This document shows positions 1 to 9,607 of a stretch of DNA of 35,199 nucleotides, piece after piece. The stretch lies in IMG/VR virus record IMGVR_UViG_2061766007_000148, one strand, 5' to 3'. Numbering within the stretch: the first letter of the stretch is position 1; each line of letters begins with the position of its first letter. The position numbers were made by a program, and so were the translations under genes. The stretch comes from an uncultured virus (IMG/VR IMGVR_UViG_2061766007_000148) (Duplodnaviria; Heunggongvirae; Uroviricota; Caudoviricetes). A model generated the notes under the pieces. The model was not told the DNA's origin. It ran no database searches and worked only from the letters and a program-made list of their open reading frames with translations.

Positions 1-1
1 A

Positions 2-700
2 TTATACACACAGTATGTCAGACTGCTCAGGGACATCTCCCCTAAAACATTCATCATGGAGAATGTGCCCGGCATGAGAAACGGCGCCATGAAGCCAATA
101 TTTTACAGGATTCATGCGGAATTGCGCAAACTCGGATATGGCGTATTTGAAAAACAACTTAATGCGAAAAATTACGGCGTTCCTCAGTCACGCAGCCGCA
201 TGATCTTTGTAGGTATCAGGGATGACGTTCTATCAGGTCTTCAGACCGGATTTAACGACACACACCCCGCACCAAAAAAATACGGGTTCATCTCGGCACG
301 CGAGGCATTGGAAGGGGTTCCCGATGATGATAAACACTTTATTGACAATGAACTCTGTCTCGATATCTGGAACAGATGTAAATTGGGCGTGTATTTCAGT
401 GAATATCACCCGAAAGGTCAGTGGTTTAACTCCGTTAAGCTCAACCCCGATATGCCTTCGCCGACCTTGAAAGCTAAAATCATGATACACGGCGAAGCGG
501 GATTCTTTCATTGGGATGAACCGCGCTTCCTGACAATCGCGGAAATCAAAAGATTACAGTCTTTCCCGGATGATTTCAGACTGTCGGGGGGATTCATTCA
601 CGAATGGCGGTGTGTGGGCAATTCGGTGCCGCCGCTCATGATGAAAGCCGTCGCCGAACATGTGAATAAGCGGATACTTTGCAACGAGGTGAACACATGA
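2..700 (+). CDS. DNA (cytosine-5)-methyltransferase, 5' part outside the window
   Basis: Frame open from position 2; motifs ENV, YGVPQSRSR, RLQSFPDDF and GNSVPP. Confidence 0.95.
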   Translation, partial: LYTQYVRLLRDISPKTFIMENVPGMRNGAMKPIFYRIHAELRKLGYGVFEKQLNAKNYGVPQSRSRMIFVGIRDDVLSGLQTGFNDTHPAPKKYGFISAREALEGVPDDDKHFIDNELCLDIWNRCKLGVYFSEYHPKGQWFNSVKLNPDMPSPTLKAKIMIHGEAGFFHWDEPRFLTIAEIKRLQSFPDDFRLSGGFIHEWRCVGNSVPPLMMKAVAEHVNKRILCNEVNT

Positions 701-739
701 CCTCCGTCATAGTTTTCGGAGAAACCGGGGTGTGATTGC

Positions 740-1684
740 ATGGCGCGCGTTCTCTTGGTAAATATCGACTCGAAAATCCCTAATCTCGCACTTATGCAGA
801 TAAGCGCACATCACAAACAACTCGGAGATACGGTCGGTTTCGATGTCGAAAACCCCGATTATGTGTATGTATCATGTATTTTCACGAAAAATGCAGAACA
901 GGCACGCGGCATCGCATCACTCTATCCGAGTGCGCAAGTCTCTCTTGGCGGCACGGGTATTGACATCCATAAACGACTGCCGGCAGAGTATGAGAAAATA
1001 CGTCCTGACTACTCGATATATCCGAAAATGGATTATTCTCTCGGATATACAACGCGCGGATGCATAAGAAAATGCAAGTTTTGTGTTGTCCCTGAGAAGG
1101 AAGGTAAGTATCACAGATGGCAACACATCCGCGAATTTCATGACCCGACTCACAAAAAGGTAATTGTTCTCGACAACAACCTTTACGCGGATAAGGAATG
1201 GTTCTTTGAAAACACGGATTATGTTCTGGAACACAAGCTCAAATTTAATGCAATTCAGGGTATGGACATCCGCATTTTAACCGAAGAGATTGCCGAAAGA
1301 TTAGGTCAGATAAACTGGTTCGGAGACATCCACTTTGCCTTTGACAACATCCGCGACGAGTCCAAGATTGTTGCCGGTCTTGAGATGTTGAAGAATGCCG
1401 GGATAAACACCCGAAAAAAAGTAATTTTTTACGTCCTCACAGGTTTTGATTCTACTTTTGAAGAGGACGTTTACCGCGTAAATCTGCTGAAATCACTCAA
1501 CACAAACACTTTTGTAATGCAGTATAAGAGCACCCCGCAGACAAGACGACTCGCGAATTATGCGAACCGAAGATGGCTTTACTGGAAAATACCGTTTGAA
1601 GAATACTCTCCGAAATTGCGTTATACGCAGGAGCAGATTATTGATTTCGAGACACCGTTGAGTCAACAGGCAAAACTTATATAA
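740..1684 (+). CDS. Radical SAM protein (type often found beside viral DNA methylases)
   Basis: TTRGCIRKCKFCVV (CxxxCxxC); N-terminal PNLALMQISAHHK; LDNN motif. Confidence 0.9.
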   Translation: MARVLLVNIDSKIPNLALMQISAHHKQLGDTVGFDVENPDYVYVSCIFTKNAEQARGIASLYPSAQVSLGGTGIDIHKRLPAEYEKIRPDYSIYPKMDYSLGYTTRGCIRKCKFCVVPEKEGKYHRWQHIREFHDPTHKKVIVLDNNLYADKEWFFENTDYVLEHKLKFNAIQGMDIRILTEEIAERLGQINWFGDIHFAFDNIRDESKIVAGLEMLKNAGINTRKKVIFYVLTGFDSTFEEDVYRVNLLKSLNTNTFVMQYKSTPQTRRLANYANRRWLYWKIPFEEYSPKLRYTQEQIIDFETPLSQQAKLI

Positions 1685-1743
1685 TTGATTGAAATCAAAG
1701 TGATGATAAATAAAAACACAAATTTATTTCAAAAGGGGGAAAA

Positions 1744-2157
1744 ATGGTAACCTACAATCAATTAATCAAAGCTGTAAAAAGCTATAAACCACGTTCTGCG
1801 TGGCAAAATGGGGTTAAAGAATACGCATTGGATTTTTTCAAATATCCTTCTGATATGGGTATTAAATTATCTGATAAGGTGCCCGAACCGCGTATTTTAG
1901 AAGATTTTCTTTTAAATGGGGCTGATAATTGGAAACAGTATTCTTATGGGGGTACTTCTTTGATTTATAATGAAGATATTGCCAGAAGGCTTTGCAGTCC
2001 GTCAGAACTTAAAAAAGTTTTAAAAAAGAATAAGTGGGGAGGTATAGAGGTTCGCAAACCGAATTCAAGTGAGGAATGGCTTGATACACAGGCTCGTGCA
2101 CTCTTTCAAGCATGTGAGTTAATAAAAAATACATATCGTGCTCTTAAGGGAAATTAA
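1744..2157 (+). CDS. Uncharacterised viral protein, RSAW family copy 1
   Basis: GGGGG RBS; KPRSAW, NWKQYS and PNSSEEWLD shared with the next two ORFs. Confidence 0.85.
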   Translation: MVTYNQLIKAVKSYKPRSAWQNGVKEYALDFFKYPSDMGIKLSDKVPEPRILEDFLLNGADNWKQYSYGGTSLIYNEDIARRLCSPSELKKVLKKNKWGGIEVRKPNSSEEWLDTQARALFQACELIKNTYRALKGN

Positions 2158-2169
2158 GGAGGAGAAAAT

Positions 2170-2577
2170 ATGGTAACAATTGGTCAATTATTAACGGCGA
2201 TTAAACGCTATAAACCTCGTTCTGCATGGGATAATGGGGTAAAACTATCCGCAATCGATATTATTGAATATACAAAACCTGATCCGAGATATCAGATTGA
2301 CAATATTAATCAGTTTGAAAAAATATTGCTCGACGGTAACCGTAATTGGAGGGAATATTCTGCTAATGGATTACCACTATCTTTTGAGCAAGATATAGCA
2401 AGGAGATTTTGTAATCCATCTGAGTTAAAAAAAGTTCAAAAGAAGACTAAAGATGTTTGGGGAGCATGGGAATATCGCAGACCCAATTCAGATGAGGATT
2501 GGTTTGATCTACAAGGTCGTGCATCATATCAGGCATTTGATTTAATTAAGCGCACATATTATGCACTTAGAGGTTAA
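2170..2577 (+). CDS. RSAW family copy 2
   Basis: GGAGG RBS; paralog of 1744. Confidence 0.85.
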   Translation: MVTIGQLLTAIKRYKPRSAWDNGVKLSAIDIIEYTKPDPRYQIDNINQFEKILLDGNRNWREYSANGLPLSFEQDIARRFCNPSELKKVQKKTKDVWGAWEYRRPNSDEDWFDLQGRASYQAFDLIKRTYYALRG

Positions 2578-2591
2578 TTTGGGGGGTTAAG

Positions 2592-3011
2592 ATGGTTACA
2601 TGGTTTCAATTATTAACGGCATTGAAGAAGTATAAACCGCGTTCTGCATGGGATAAAGGTGTCAGATGGTATGCGATTCATTTTATCAAATATACGGATG
2701 ACGGATGGCATAGAACGAATTGGTCAGCCAATATTCCAGATATTTTTGAATGTGAGAAAAAATATCGTAGGAGCGCTAAAAATTGGAAAGAGTATTCTGA
2801 GGGGGGTTATGGGGGGCAATTCTCAAACTACAAAATTGCTAAGAGGTTATCCTCTCCTTCAGAATTCAAAAGATTTTTCCATAAAGATGGATTTATGCGT
2901 GAATCACCAAATCCACGTGAAAGTTGGTGTGATGTTGAGGGTCGTGCAATGTATCAAGCATGGGATCTGATAAAACATACATATTATGAATTGAATGGCG
3001 GTAAATGGTAA
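2592..3011 (+). CDS. RSAW family copy 3
   Basis: GGGGGG RBS; paralog of 1744. Confidence 0.85.
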   Translation: MVTWFQLLTALKKYKPRSAWDKGVRWYAIHFIKYTDDGWHRTNWSANIPDIFECEKKYRRSAKNWKEYSEGGYGGQFSNYKIAKRLSSPSEFKRFFHKDGFMRESPNPRESWCDVEGRAMYQAWDLIKHTYYELNGGKW

Positions 3012-3064
3012 CTTATAAACAATTATTATCAACTGTAATAAGATACAAATTTCGTTCTAAGTGA
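3005..3064 (+). pseudogene. Truncated 4th RSAW-family copy (MVTYKQLLSTVIRYKFRSK*)
   Basis: 19-aa ORF matching the N-termini of the three paralogs; followed by a T-run. Confidence 0.7.
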
Positions 3065-3096
3065 GACAGATTCAACAAACTCTTTTTTTCGATTAA

Positions 3097-3973
3097 TTAA
3101 AAAAACAGAATGTATCCGGCAATATATGCCATCACATATCCTATTGTCATCGGCAGTATCAGCGGCATGGTGTATGTAACCCATAATTTGTCGGCATTTA
3201 ACTCATATCGGGGGTCTTTTTCATATAGCAACATATGGTTTATGAAATATTCTGTGCGATATTTGAGGTCTTTTTTCAGGATTCTCTTTGCAAATTCAAT
3301 AAAGGGAAGATATGTGTGTGTATCCCCCTCTCTTACCCCCTCTCTCAGACCTTGCGCATAATGCGCACGCACGCGAGAAGATGCCCCCTCTCCCCCTNNN
3401 NNNNNNNNNNNNNNNNNNNNNNNNNNNNNNNNNNNNNNNNNNNNNNNNNNNCCCGATTTTCTTAAAGAGGTCTTCAACTGAGACATATTGGCAAGTCATG
3501 AGGTAATACCAAGGCGCTTTGTTCCCTTTGATTAGGTTGACAATCAGTAACGCTATCGGGGCAAACAGGAGAGCAATTGCAAATCCTGCAATTACGGCAA
3601 TCGGGAAAAACACAGTCAGCGACGGCGTAAGTTGGGATATCGGTGCCGCGGCTGCGGCGGGCGCTATCGGGATAAACAGGGTGATAAATATTAATGACCA
3701 TGCGTCCGCACCGCCGAAGGCTTTCAGATATCTCGAAATGACATAGTATCCCGCACAAAACAGAACAACAAGCTCAATATATGTGGTAAGATACGGATTT
3801 TCAAGAAACAGTTGAATGTAATACAGACCCGAAAGCGGCGTGCAGATAATTATCATCGGGTACCATGCCCGAAACTTAACTCTGCGGAACATGACATCCA
3901 GACATGCGGCATAGGCGAGGTTGAGGAACACGACGATGCCGGATATCAGATACAATGTAGGGATGAGATCCAT
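3097..3973 (-). CDS. Prepilin/preflagellin peptidase (A24, FlaK-like); spans an N gap
   Basis: Multi-TM protein; YAACLDVMFRRV and FGGADAW aspartate motifs; C-terminal LWVTYTMPLILPMTIGY typical of the FlaK C-domain lies after the gap. Confidence 0.88.
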
Positions 3974-4005
3974 GTATGCCTCTCTTATGATTTTTGTTGT
4001 GTAGT

Positions 4006-4066
4006 AGAACTGCAATATGTTCTTAGACAATTATCTCGTAGACTTGCATGAACATATTGCAGTTCT
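4006..4066. repeat. Perfect 17-bp inverted repeat with 27-bp spacer
   Basis: AGAACTGCAATATGTTC (4006-4022) / GAACATATTGCAGTTCT (4050-4066). Confidence 0.9.
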
Positions 4067-4348
4067 TTGTTTTTTCAGGTTTGACTTTGTAATTTTCGAC
4101 CGTCATAGATTGATTCTGTGCCCATATTTTACATTAAGGTATGTGATTATACCTGTTAACATTATTTAAGAATAGCGTGCCTCTATTTGGCTCTGGGTAC
4201 ACACACAGACATGGGTTAAGGAATGTGCTCTTGGTCTGACACATCCCTTCCCCCTTTTCCCGTGTGATGCACAAAATTTGCTTTCGGAGCTTTGCTTATG
4301 ATCAATTATGATTTATTCTCTTGACTCTTGAAATTATTAGGTATATTA

Positions 4349-4645
4349 CTATGTATTCTCTTGTTGCTTGACAATGGAGGTTATTCGATATACTGTTCTG
4401 TAATTGTATCGTTTACTCTGCTGTTGCGTGCTTGTGCGGACAGATATGCTGTGGTCTGCGATGGTGACCGCGTTGTTTTGCATCAACCGTCGCATGGCAT
4501 GTGAAATCGCGGTATGATGCGCATGGATATCTGGGAACTTATTGAGAAGTTCAGCACTTGTAATCCAACACGAACCTCCGTTAGATTCAACATACTCATG
4601 TAGAGCTGATGCGACCCGATCATCCAGTGCAGACAGTCGAACCAT
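4349..4645 (-). CDS. Putative winged-helix DNA-binding protein
   Basis: ITSAELL...HTAISHAMRRL helix pattern and C-terminal TVYRIT wing; GAGG RBS. Confidence 0.55.
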   Translation of the reverse strand: MVRLSALDDRVASALHEYVESNGGSCWITSAELLNKFPDIHAHHTAISHAMRRLMQNNAVTIADHSISVRTSTQQQSKRYNYRTVYRITSIVKQQENT

Positions 4646-4679
4646 ATACCTGCCTCAACATCAACTTTGTCTAAAGCTA

Positions 4680-4703
4680 TATATAAAGATACATTATAAT
4701 CCG
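4680..4703 (-). promoter_or_regulatory. ATTATAATGTAT motif + TATA box (TTTATATA), promoter of 4349..4645
   Basis: Same 12-mer as the five array promoters. Confidence 0.7.
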
Positions 4704-4892
4704 AGAAATACGCAACGAACAGCGTATTTTGCTTGAAATAGGGGTTACTCGCATAAAACGGCGCGAATTTTCGCGTTTTTTAATATTCTATCTTAATTAA
4801 TAGATCCCCCACTCCCGACCCCNNNNNNNNNNNNNNNNNNNNNNNNNNNNNNNNNNNNNNNNNNNNNNNNNNNNNNNNNNNNNTATAACTAT

Positions 4893-5393
4893 ATGATAAT
4901 GAAAGGAAAGTCTACTAAAACAACAAAAAAATCCCCTTACCAGAACCAAATATCTACCAAACAAAAGGAAGCAATATCGGAAATTTTCTTAATGTGTATT
5001 GTTTCGGCAGACATACATCTCAAGTTGTCATTCCTGACCATGTTGTACTCATCCATACGGAGTGCGTTAATATCCACCAATAAAGTACAGTTTGATATGG
5101 TTTGGGATGCGGAAAAGAAGAAAAACGTCTGGAAAATTACTAAAGAGGACGAATTTAACTCGGCAGATAAACTGATTAAGACCAAAACTTATCTTTACAA
5201 AGCATATGAAAATTTTTCGCGCCGTGACACTTGGATTGCCGCGGAACAATATGCGATTGAGATTGCCGAACGACTGACAGAACTTGCATTCATTCATGAA
5301 TTCATTGATGTCGATTCCGAGAGATGGAGCGCGACGTATCATTTGATTTCACCTAATGGTGCGGGTTCGGGAGGAGACTCGGACGATGATTGA
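4893..5393 (+). CDS. Hypothetical protein coupled to the ATPase
   Basis: 166-aa ORF overlapping the ATPase start; K/T-rich N-terminus. Confidence 0.7.
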   Translation: MIMKGKSTKTTKKSPYQNQISTKQKEAISEIFLMCIVSADIHLKLSFLTMLYSSIRSALISTNKVQFDMVWDAEKKKNVWKITKEDEFNSADKLIKTKTYLYKAYENFSRRDTWIAAEQYAIEIAERLTELAFIHEFIDVDSERWSATYHLISPNGAGSGGDSDDD

Positions 5394-6393
5394 TCCAAGT
5401 CACGCGAAAAAGTTATGGGAAAACCTCCTCATCCACGATGACGGTATCTGCGGCACCGGAGGTACCTTTTGCGACCTTATAGGGGCTTTCGGTCACGGTA
5501 AGTCCACCCTCCTCATGCAGTGTGCGCAGCTCACCCGCTCTCTCCCCTACGGAGTTTCAAAACACGATCTTCGAAAATTCGATAAGGAGGCTCTCCAATC
5601 GGTAAAAACCGACCCTGAAATGGTTATTCTCCGCGGAATGTCGGATGACCACTGGAATTGTCTGATTCCCAAAAATTGGCGCAAATCTTTCCCGAAATAC
5701 GGCAAATCAAAACCCCTTATGGTTCATGTACATGATAACGATGACTACACCTTTACGGAGGTCTCTCTCGGCAAAAAACATACGATTAATAATGAGTTGA
5801 CTATCAAGCATTACAAGACCCCTCAAGACCTGTTGGATAATTTGCGGAAGGGAGGCATCAACGTAGTCTACGAACCATCGGAATATTTCCTCGGCGAAAA
5901 CATCCTGAAGACCCTCGCTCAGCAGGAATTGCAAGGTCTCAAGGAGATTCCGAGTGAAGGGGTTCTCGCCCCCCCTCCTTCGTGGTGGTTCGAGTTTTGC
6001 AACACCCTCCTTGAGGAGACACAGGGTCGTCATGTCACAATCATTCTGGATGAACTGCACACGGTGACCCCCTCTTATCCAGCGGGAAAACTGTTCCATT
6101 TGACGGGTAATTTCGCGAAATCCATGATACACTTCCGTAAAAATAACATATCCGTCTTTGGGAGTACGCACGATGATAATCTCCTCGATTATCGCGTAAA
6201 AGAGCGTTTGCCAATACGTGTGTGGTTTCCGGGGTCTCTCCCCAAAAATTCCATGGTTCAGCTGCGTCTTCTCCGGTCTCTGGATGACGTGGGACAGGCG
6301 ATCATAGAAGAGCAAAATATTGAGTTTGGAGTCCTGAATTTCGACAGAATCCCTAATCAGCCCCCCATTCTCAAGGCAAAATTGATAACATAA
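5386..6393 (+). CDS. P-loop ATPase (FtsK/HerA/Zot-like, possibly packaging/extrusion type)
   Basis: Walker A GAFGHGKST, Walker B TIILDE, downstream FRK...STH motif; GGAGG before ATG 5386. Confidence 0.8.
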   Translation: MIDPSHAKKLWENLLIHDDGICGTGGTFCDLIGAFGHGKSTLLMQCAQLTRSLPYGVSKHDLRKFDKEALQSVKTDPEMVILRGMSDDHWNCLIPKNWRKSFPKYGKSKPLMVHVHDNDDYTFTEVSLGKKHTINNELTIKHYKTPQDLLDNLRKGGINVVYEPSEYFLGENILKTLAQQELQGLKEIPSEGVLAPPPSWWFEFCNTLLEETQGRHVTIILDELHTVTPSYPAGKLFHLTGNFAKSMIHFRKNNISVFGSTHDDNLLDYRVKERLPIRVWFPGSLPKNSMVQLRLLRSLDDVGQAIIEEQNIEFGVLNFDRIPNQPPILKAKLIT

Positions 6394-6408
6394 TACCTCT
6401 CTTGAGTT

Positions 6409-7416
6409 ATGAGCACCTTTAAAAATTTACATGTCGCGTTCAAAAACAAAGATGATGAATATTATACTCTGTATGAAGATATAGAGAAAGAACTCTCTCA
6501 TTATTTTGAGTTCTTTAAAAATAAAACCATATATTGTAATTGTGACAATCCTCATATCTCTAATTTTCCAAGGTATTTCATACGATTTTTTCATAAAATG
6601 GGAATATCACGGTTAATCACCACTGGGTATAATCGATTATCAAATGGGTATGTACTCGATGTCAAAGTAAACGATATCCCCCCAGATGCCGCAACAATGT
6701 CTAATGCGGATTTGAATGACTTTATCGATGCCAGAACACAGTCTCTCTCAGGGAATGGTGATTTTGCGTCATATGAATGTATGTCCTATTTGAAAGAGTC
6801 GGATATTGTAGTGACAAATCCACCTTTTTCAAAATTCAGAGAGTTTTTTGAGTTGATTGTTTCAGTAAATAAAGATTTGATTGTGTTAGCCCCTTTTCTG
6901 GCATTAAGTTATAATGTTGTGTTGCCGTATGTTTCAACAGGGCGTATTAAAGTAAGTGATTTCTCAAAGACCAATTCTTTATCTTTTTTTAGCCCCCATA
7001 TCGAATCGCATATGAAATCCTTCAGAAAGGTTAGATGGTTAACTACTTTGAATATTAACTCAAAAGATCAATTAATTCTGTGCAAATACGATTCTGGGAA
7101 ATATTCCGTATATGATGAGTCTCCAAATATAATTAACATCAACCGTCTTAATGAGATACCCGATTATGATGGTATAATGGGGGTACCTGTGACTTATTTG
7201 GAACATCACAATCCAAGACTGTTTGAGATTGTGGCATACACTCAAAAACATTATCACATAAATAAAAAACAAACATTTGTGCGGGTATTAATACGTCGTC
7301 GGCAAAATAGTGAGAGTGGGGATACTAAATCTCAAAAAAGTGCTATGGATTGGGAGGATTATCAGGTAAATGATTTGAACACGGATGTGCAGACAAATCT
7401 CTCAAATTGGATGTAA
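6409..7416 (+). CDS. Adenine-specific DNA methyltransferase, EcoRI family
   Basis: DEYYT, IYCNCDNP, GNGDF, VVTNPPFS and DYDGIMGVP motifs. Confidence 0.93.
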   Translation: MSTFKNLHVAFKNKDDEYYTLYEDIEKELSHYFEFFKNKTIYCNCDNPHISNFPRYFIRFFHKMGISRLITTGYNRLSNGYVLDVKVNDIPPDAATMSNADLNDFIDARTQSLSGNGDFASYECMSYLKESDIVVTNPPFSKFREFFELIVSVNKDLIVLAPFLALSYNVVLPYVSTGRIKVSDFSKTNSLSFFSPHIESHMKSFRKVRWLTTLNINSKDQLILCKYDSGKYSVYDESPNIININRLNEIPDYDGIMGVPVTYLEHHNPRLFEIVAYTQKHYHINKKQTFVRVLIRRRQNSESGDTKSQKSAMDWEDYQVNDLNTDVQTNLSNWM

Positions 7417-7431
7417 AAAAGGGATTTGTGT

Positions 7432-7791
7432 TCAGAAAAATCTGCGCACAATTCTGTTTACAAAGTTTCGCTGTTCCTTCGAATTCTTATTTTTCTGTTC
7501 ATCCTTGAGATACTTATCAATACAACATATAAGTGCTGTTTTCTCCCGATTTTGATGATAATCCTCCCAATATTCGTCCTCGGTAATTCTTTCTAATCGA
7601 TACTGTGTACCTTCCAGACCCGCTTTTAATTCGGCGGGGGTGTGCATCACCCCCACTTTCGGAATATCATCAAGGTCGGGTAAATCATCATTATCGGTGT
7701 CACGGGTATTCGCGCTGATTAATGCGCTGAATGCATTGAATCCCGTGCCCCGTATTCGGTTATCGCTGTCAATCACTGCCCAAAATGCCAT
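7432..7791 (-). CDS. Hypothetical protein, HicB-like N-terminal motif
   Basis: AVIDSD..RGTGFNAFSAL resembles 32886 AVVDSD..YGIGSTRQGAL. Confidence 0.7.
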   Translation of the reverse strand: MAFWAVIDSDNRIRGTGFNAFSALISANTRDTDNDDLPDLDDIPKVGVMHTPAELKAGLEGTQYRLERITEDEYWEDYHQNREKTALICCIDKYLKDEQKNKNSKEQRNFVNRIVRRFF

Positions 7792-7797
7792 ATTTAG

Positions 7798-8391
7798 TCA
7801 TTTCCCTTCCGTATTCTTTGTTTCATCATCCGGCTCATATTCGTGAGAAAAACCGCACAGATTTTCAATATCTGATTCTATTAAATTAAGCAGATCATAT
7901 TTCCAATCCGAGATATTGCCCATAATATTATCACACATCTCCATGGCGTGTTTATTTGCAAGATACTTAGATAACGGGTCGATTATTGCCGAGTCCTGCA
8001 TAATCTCTCCGCGATGTGATTCAAATTCACTATAAGTGCGATTTATGGTGATAATTAATTCGTTCTGTGTGAATTGGTACTTTGAATTAATTCTCTCATT
8101 AATTGCGGTTTGAATCGGGTTAATGATGTAGTTATTTGCTCTATACAGTCTGCCCCGCATGTTTTCGGCAATTTCTTCGGCAATCCGGTATGTAAGAATT
8201 TTTCCAATCTCCGATCTGATATACCAGACCTGAGCATTCGTCAGTTCTTTAATCCTGTTTTTGATAATTATGTCGATTTTTGTTAACAGAAGTAACTTCT
8301 CTTTTGTTTCGGGATCATGTTCTTCATCCCACACTCTGACTTCGTTCTCCATCTGTTCGATACATATCTCAAGTTTTTTCTCATCTGTCAT
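7798..8391 (-). CDS. Hypothetical protein
   Basis: 197-aa ORF in a tightly packed operon. Confidence 0.75.
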   Translation of the reverse strand: MTDEKKLEICIEQMENEVRVWDEEHDPETKEKLLLLTKIDIIIKNRIKELTNAQVWYIRSEIGKILTYRIAEEIAENMRGRLYRANNYIINPIQTAINERINSKYQFTQNELIITINRTYSEFESHRGEIMQDSAIIDPLSKYLANKHAMEMCDNIMGNISDWKYDLLNLIESDIENLCGFSHEYEPDDETKNTEGK

Positions 8392-8394
8392 TTT

Positions 8395-8826
8395 TCACAC
8401 ATCCTTAAGTTTTGTAAAGTCAAATTTGTATCCGTCAATCTTTCTGAATTCGGTCGGCGGATAACATGTTCTCTGCGTGTCAGGGGTGTCGGGTTCCGCG
8501 TCGATACCGTAGAGTCCGATAAAATACTCCTGAGCTTGCGGCACGGATTCAAACCCGTCATTCCGATAATATCTGTGGATGAACGTTTCCAGATTTATCG
8601 GGGTTATGTCGGTTACCCTGAAAACATGCTTGCGGATTACAAAGCAGTCTCCTATGTTGCGATCCGCGGCATGTCTCCTGAATGTAACTGTTTTTTTGCC
8701 GTCAATGAGTTCATTGTGGAATCTTTCGTCGAATTTGAGCGGGTTTTTGGTAAGCATTACCTTACCCAATAACCAATCTCTGTATTCGGCGGTTTTCAAA
8801 GTATCTGAGTCAAAATTTGTTTTCAT
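8395..8826 (-). CDS. ASCH domain protein
   Basis: LKF...ELIDGKKTVTFRR and DGFES signature; GAGGTG RBS. Confidence 0.85.
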   Translation of the reverse strand: MKTNFDSDTLKTAEYRDWLLGKVMLTKNPLKFDERFHNELIDGKKTVTFRRHAADRNIGDCFVIRKHVFRVTDITPINLETFIHRYYRNDGFESVPQAQEYFIGLYGIDAEPDTPDTQRTCYPPTEFRKIDGYKFDFTKLKDV

Positions 8827-8836
8827 TTATCACACC

Positions 8837-9607
8837 TCATTCAACAAATGCGTGCAGCGCGTTCTTTCCTTTTTCCGTAACCGAATATTCCGATCTCTTC
8901 TTACAACCCGATGCGGTGATATAACCTCCTTCCAGAAGGGGATTAAGATACTTTCGCTGAACGGCATTGTGTATTCCCGGTGTCGGCGGGTTCTCGGCGG
9001 GAATGTCAAAACCAAGATGAATAAGAGATTCTATCAGAACGGTTTTTGTAACTCCGATGCCCATGTTTTCAAGATCGGCGATTGATTTCAGCGCGCGCAA
9101 AATCTCATCCTGCGGTTTTTCGATGCGGAAATCGAGTGAGAGTGTCTTAATATCAAATCCGACCTGCCTCCTGATTTTTCCCGTATAAAGGCGGGGTTTT
9201 GATTTCAGATAATACGGAATTATTTTTGTATTGTCTTTATCATCTTGGAAGAGCATTGCCGCGATAAGTCCTGCCGATGTCCAGATGTGTGATTTCGAAG
9301 GGCAATTAATAAAAATATAATTGCCGCGTTCGGACTCGATAATTTTCCGCAGGACTCCGATTGCATAATACAAATCGTCCTCGAATACTCCGCGGATTAA
9401 TTTGATATCTACATTTCTTGTCTCCGTTATCCGTGATTTAATCTTCTCGATATTCAGCGGTATCGGGTTGATACGGGTTGTAATCAGATACACTGTATCG
9501 GCTTCCATTTCATCGGGGAAATTCCATACTTTATCGGTATTAATATCCGTCGCAAATACAGGTATTATGTGAGTGCGGCGTGAATATTTTACTGAGCAGT
9601 TTGTCAT
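8837..9607 (-). CDS. CARF-like (DUF6293/HFX_2341-type) + wHTH protein
   Basis: ADTVYLI, IFIN...AGLIAAM, IIPYY; C-terminal KYLNPLLEGGYI...YSVTEKGK wHTH. Confidence 0.8.
   Translation of the reverse strand: MTNCSVKYSRRTHIIPVFATDINTDKVWNFPDEMEADTVYLITTRINPIPLNIEKIKSRITETRNVDIKLIRGVFEDDLYYAIGVLRKIIESERGNYIFINCPSKSHIWTSAGLIAAMLFQDDKDNTKIIPYYLKSKPRLYTGKIRRQVGFDIKTLSLDFRIEKPQDEILRALKSIADLENMGIGVTKTVLIESLIHLGFDIPAENPPTPGIHNAVQRKYLNPLLEGGYITASGCKKRSEYSVTEKGKNALHAFVE

Noticed and set aside
4706..4822. Short inverted repeats (AAATACGC/GCGTATTT, CGCGAA/TTCGCG) as a replication origin
   Set aside because: No iterons or Rep gene nearby, and the region ends in a gap; unsupported.
5707..6315. Long antisense or alternative-frame ORFs (e.g. 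5707-6315, 8579-9085, 19423-19950)
   Set aside because: They overlap better-supported genes and lack RBSs and motifs.
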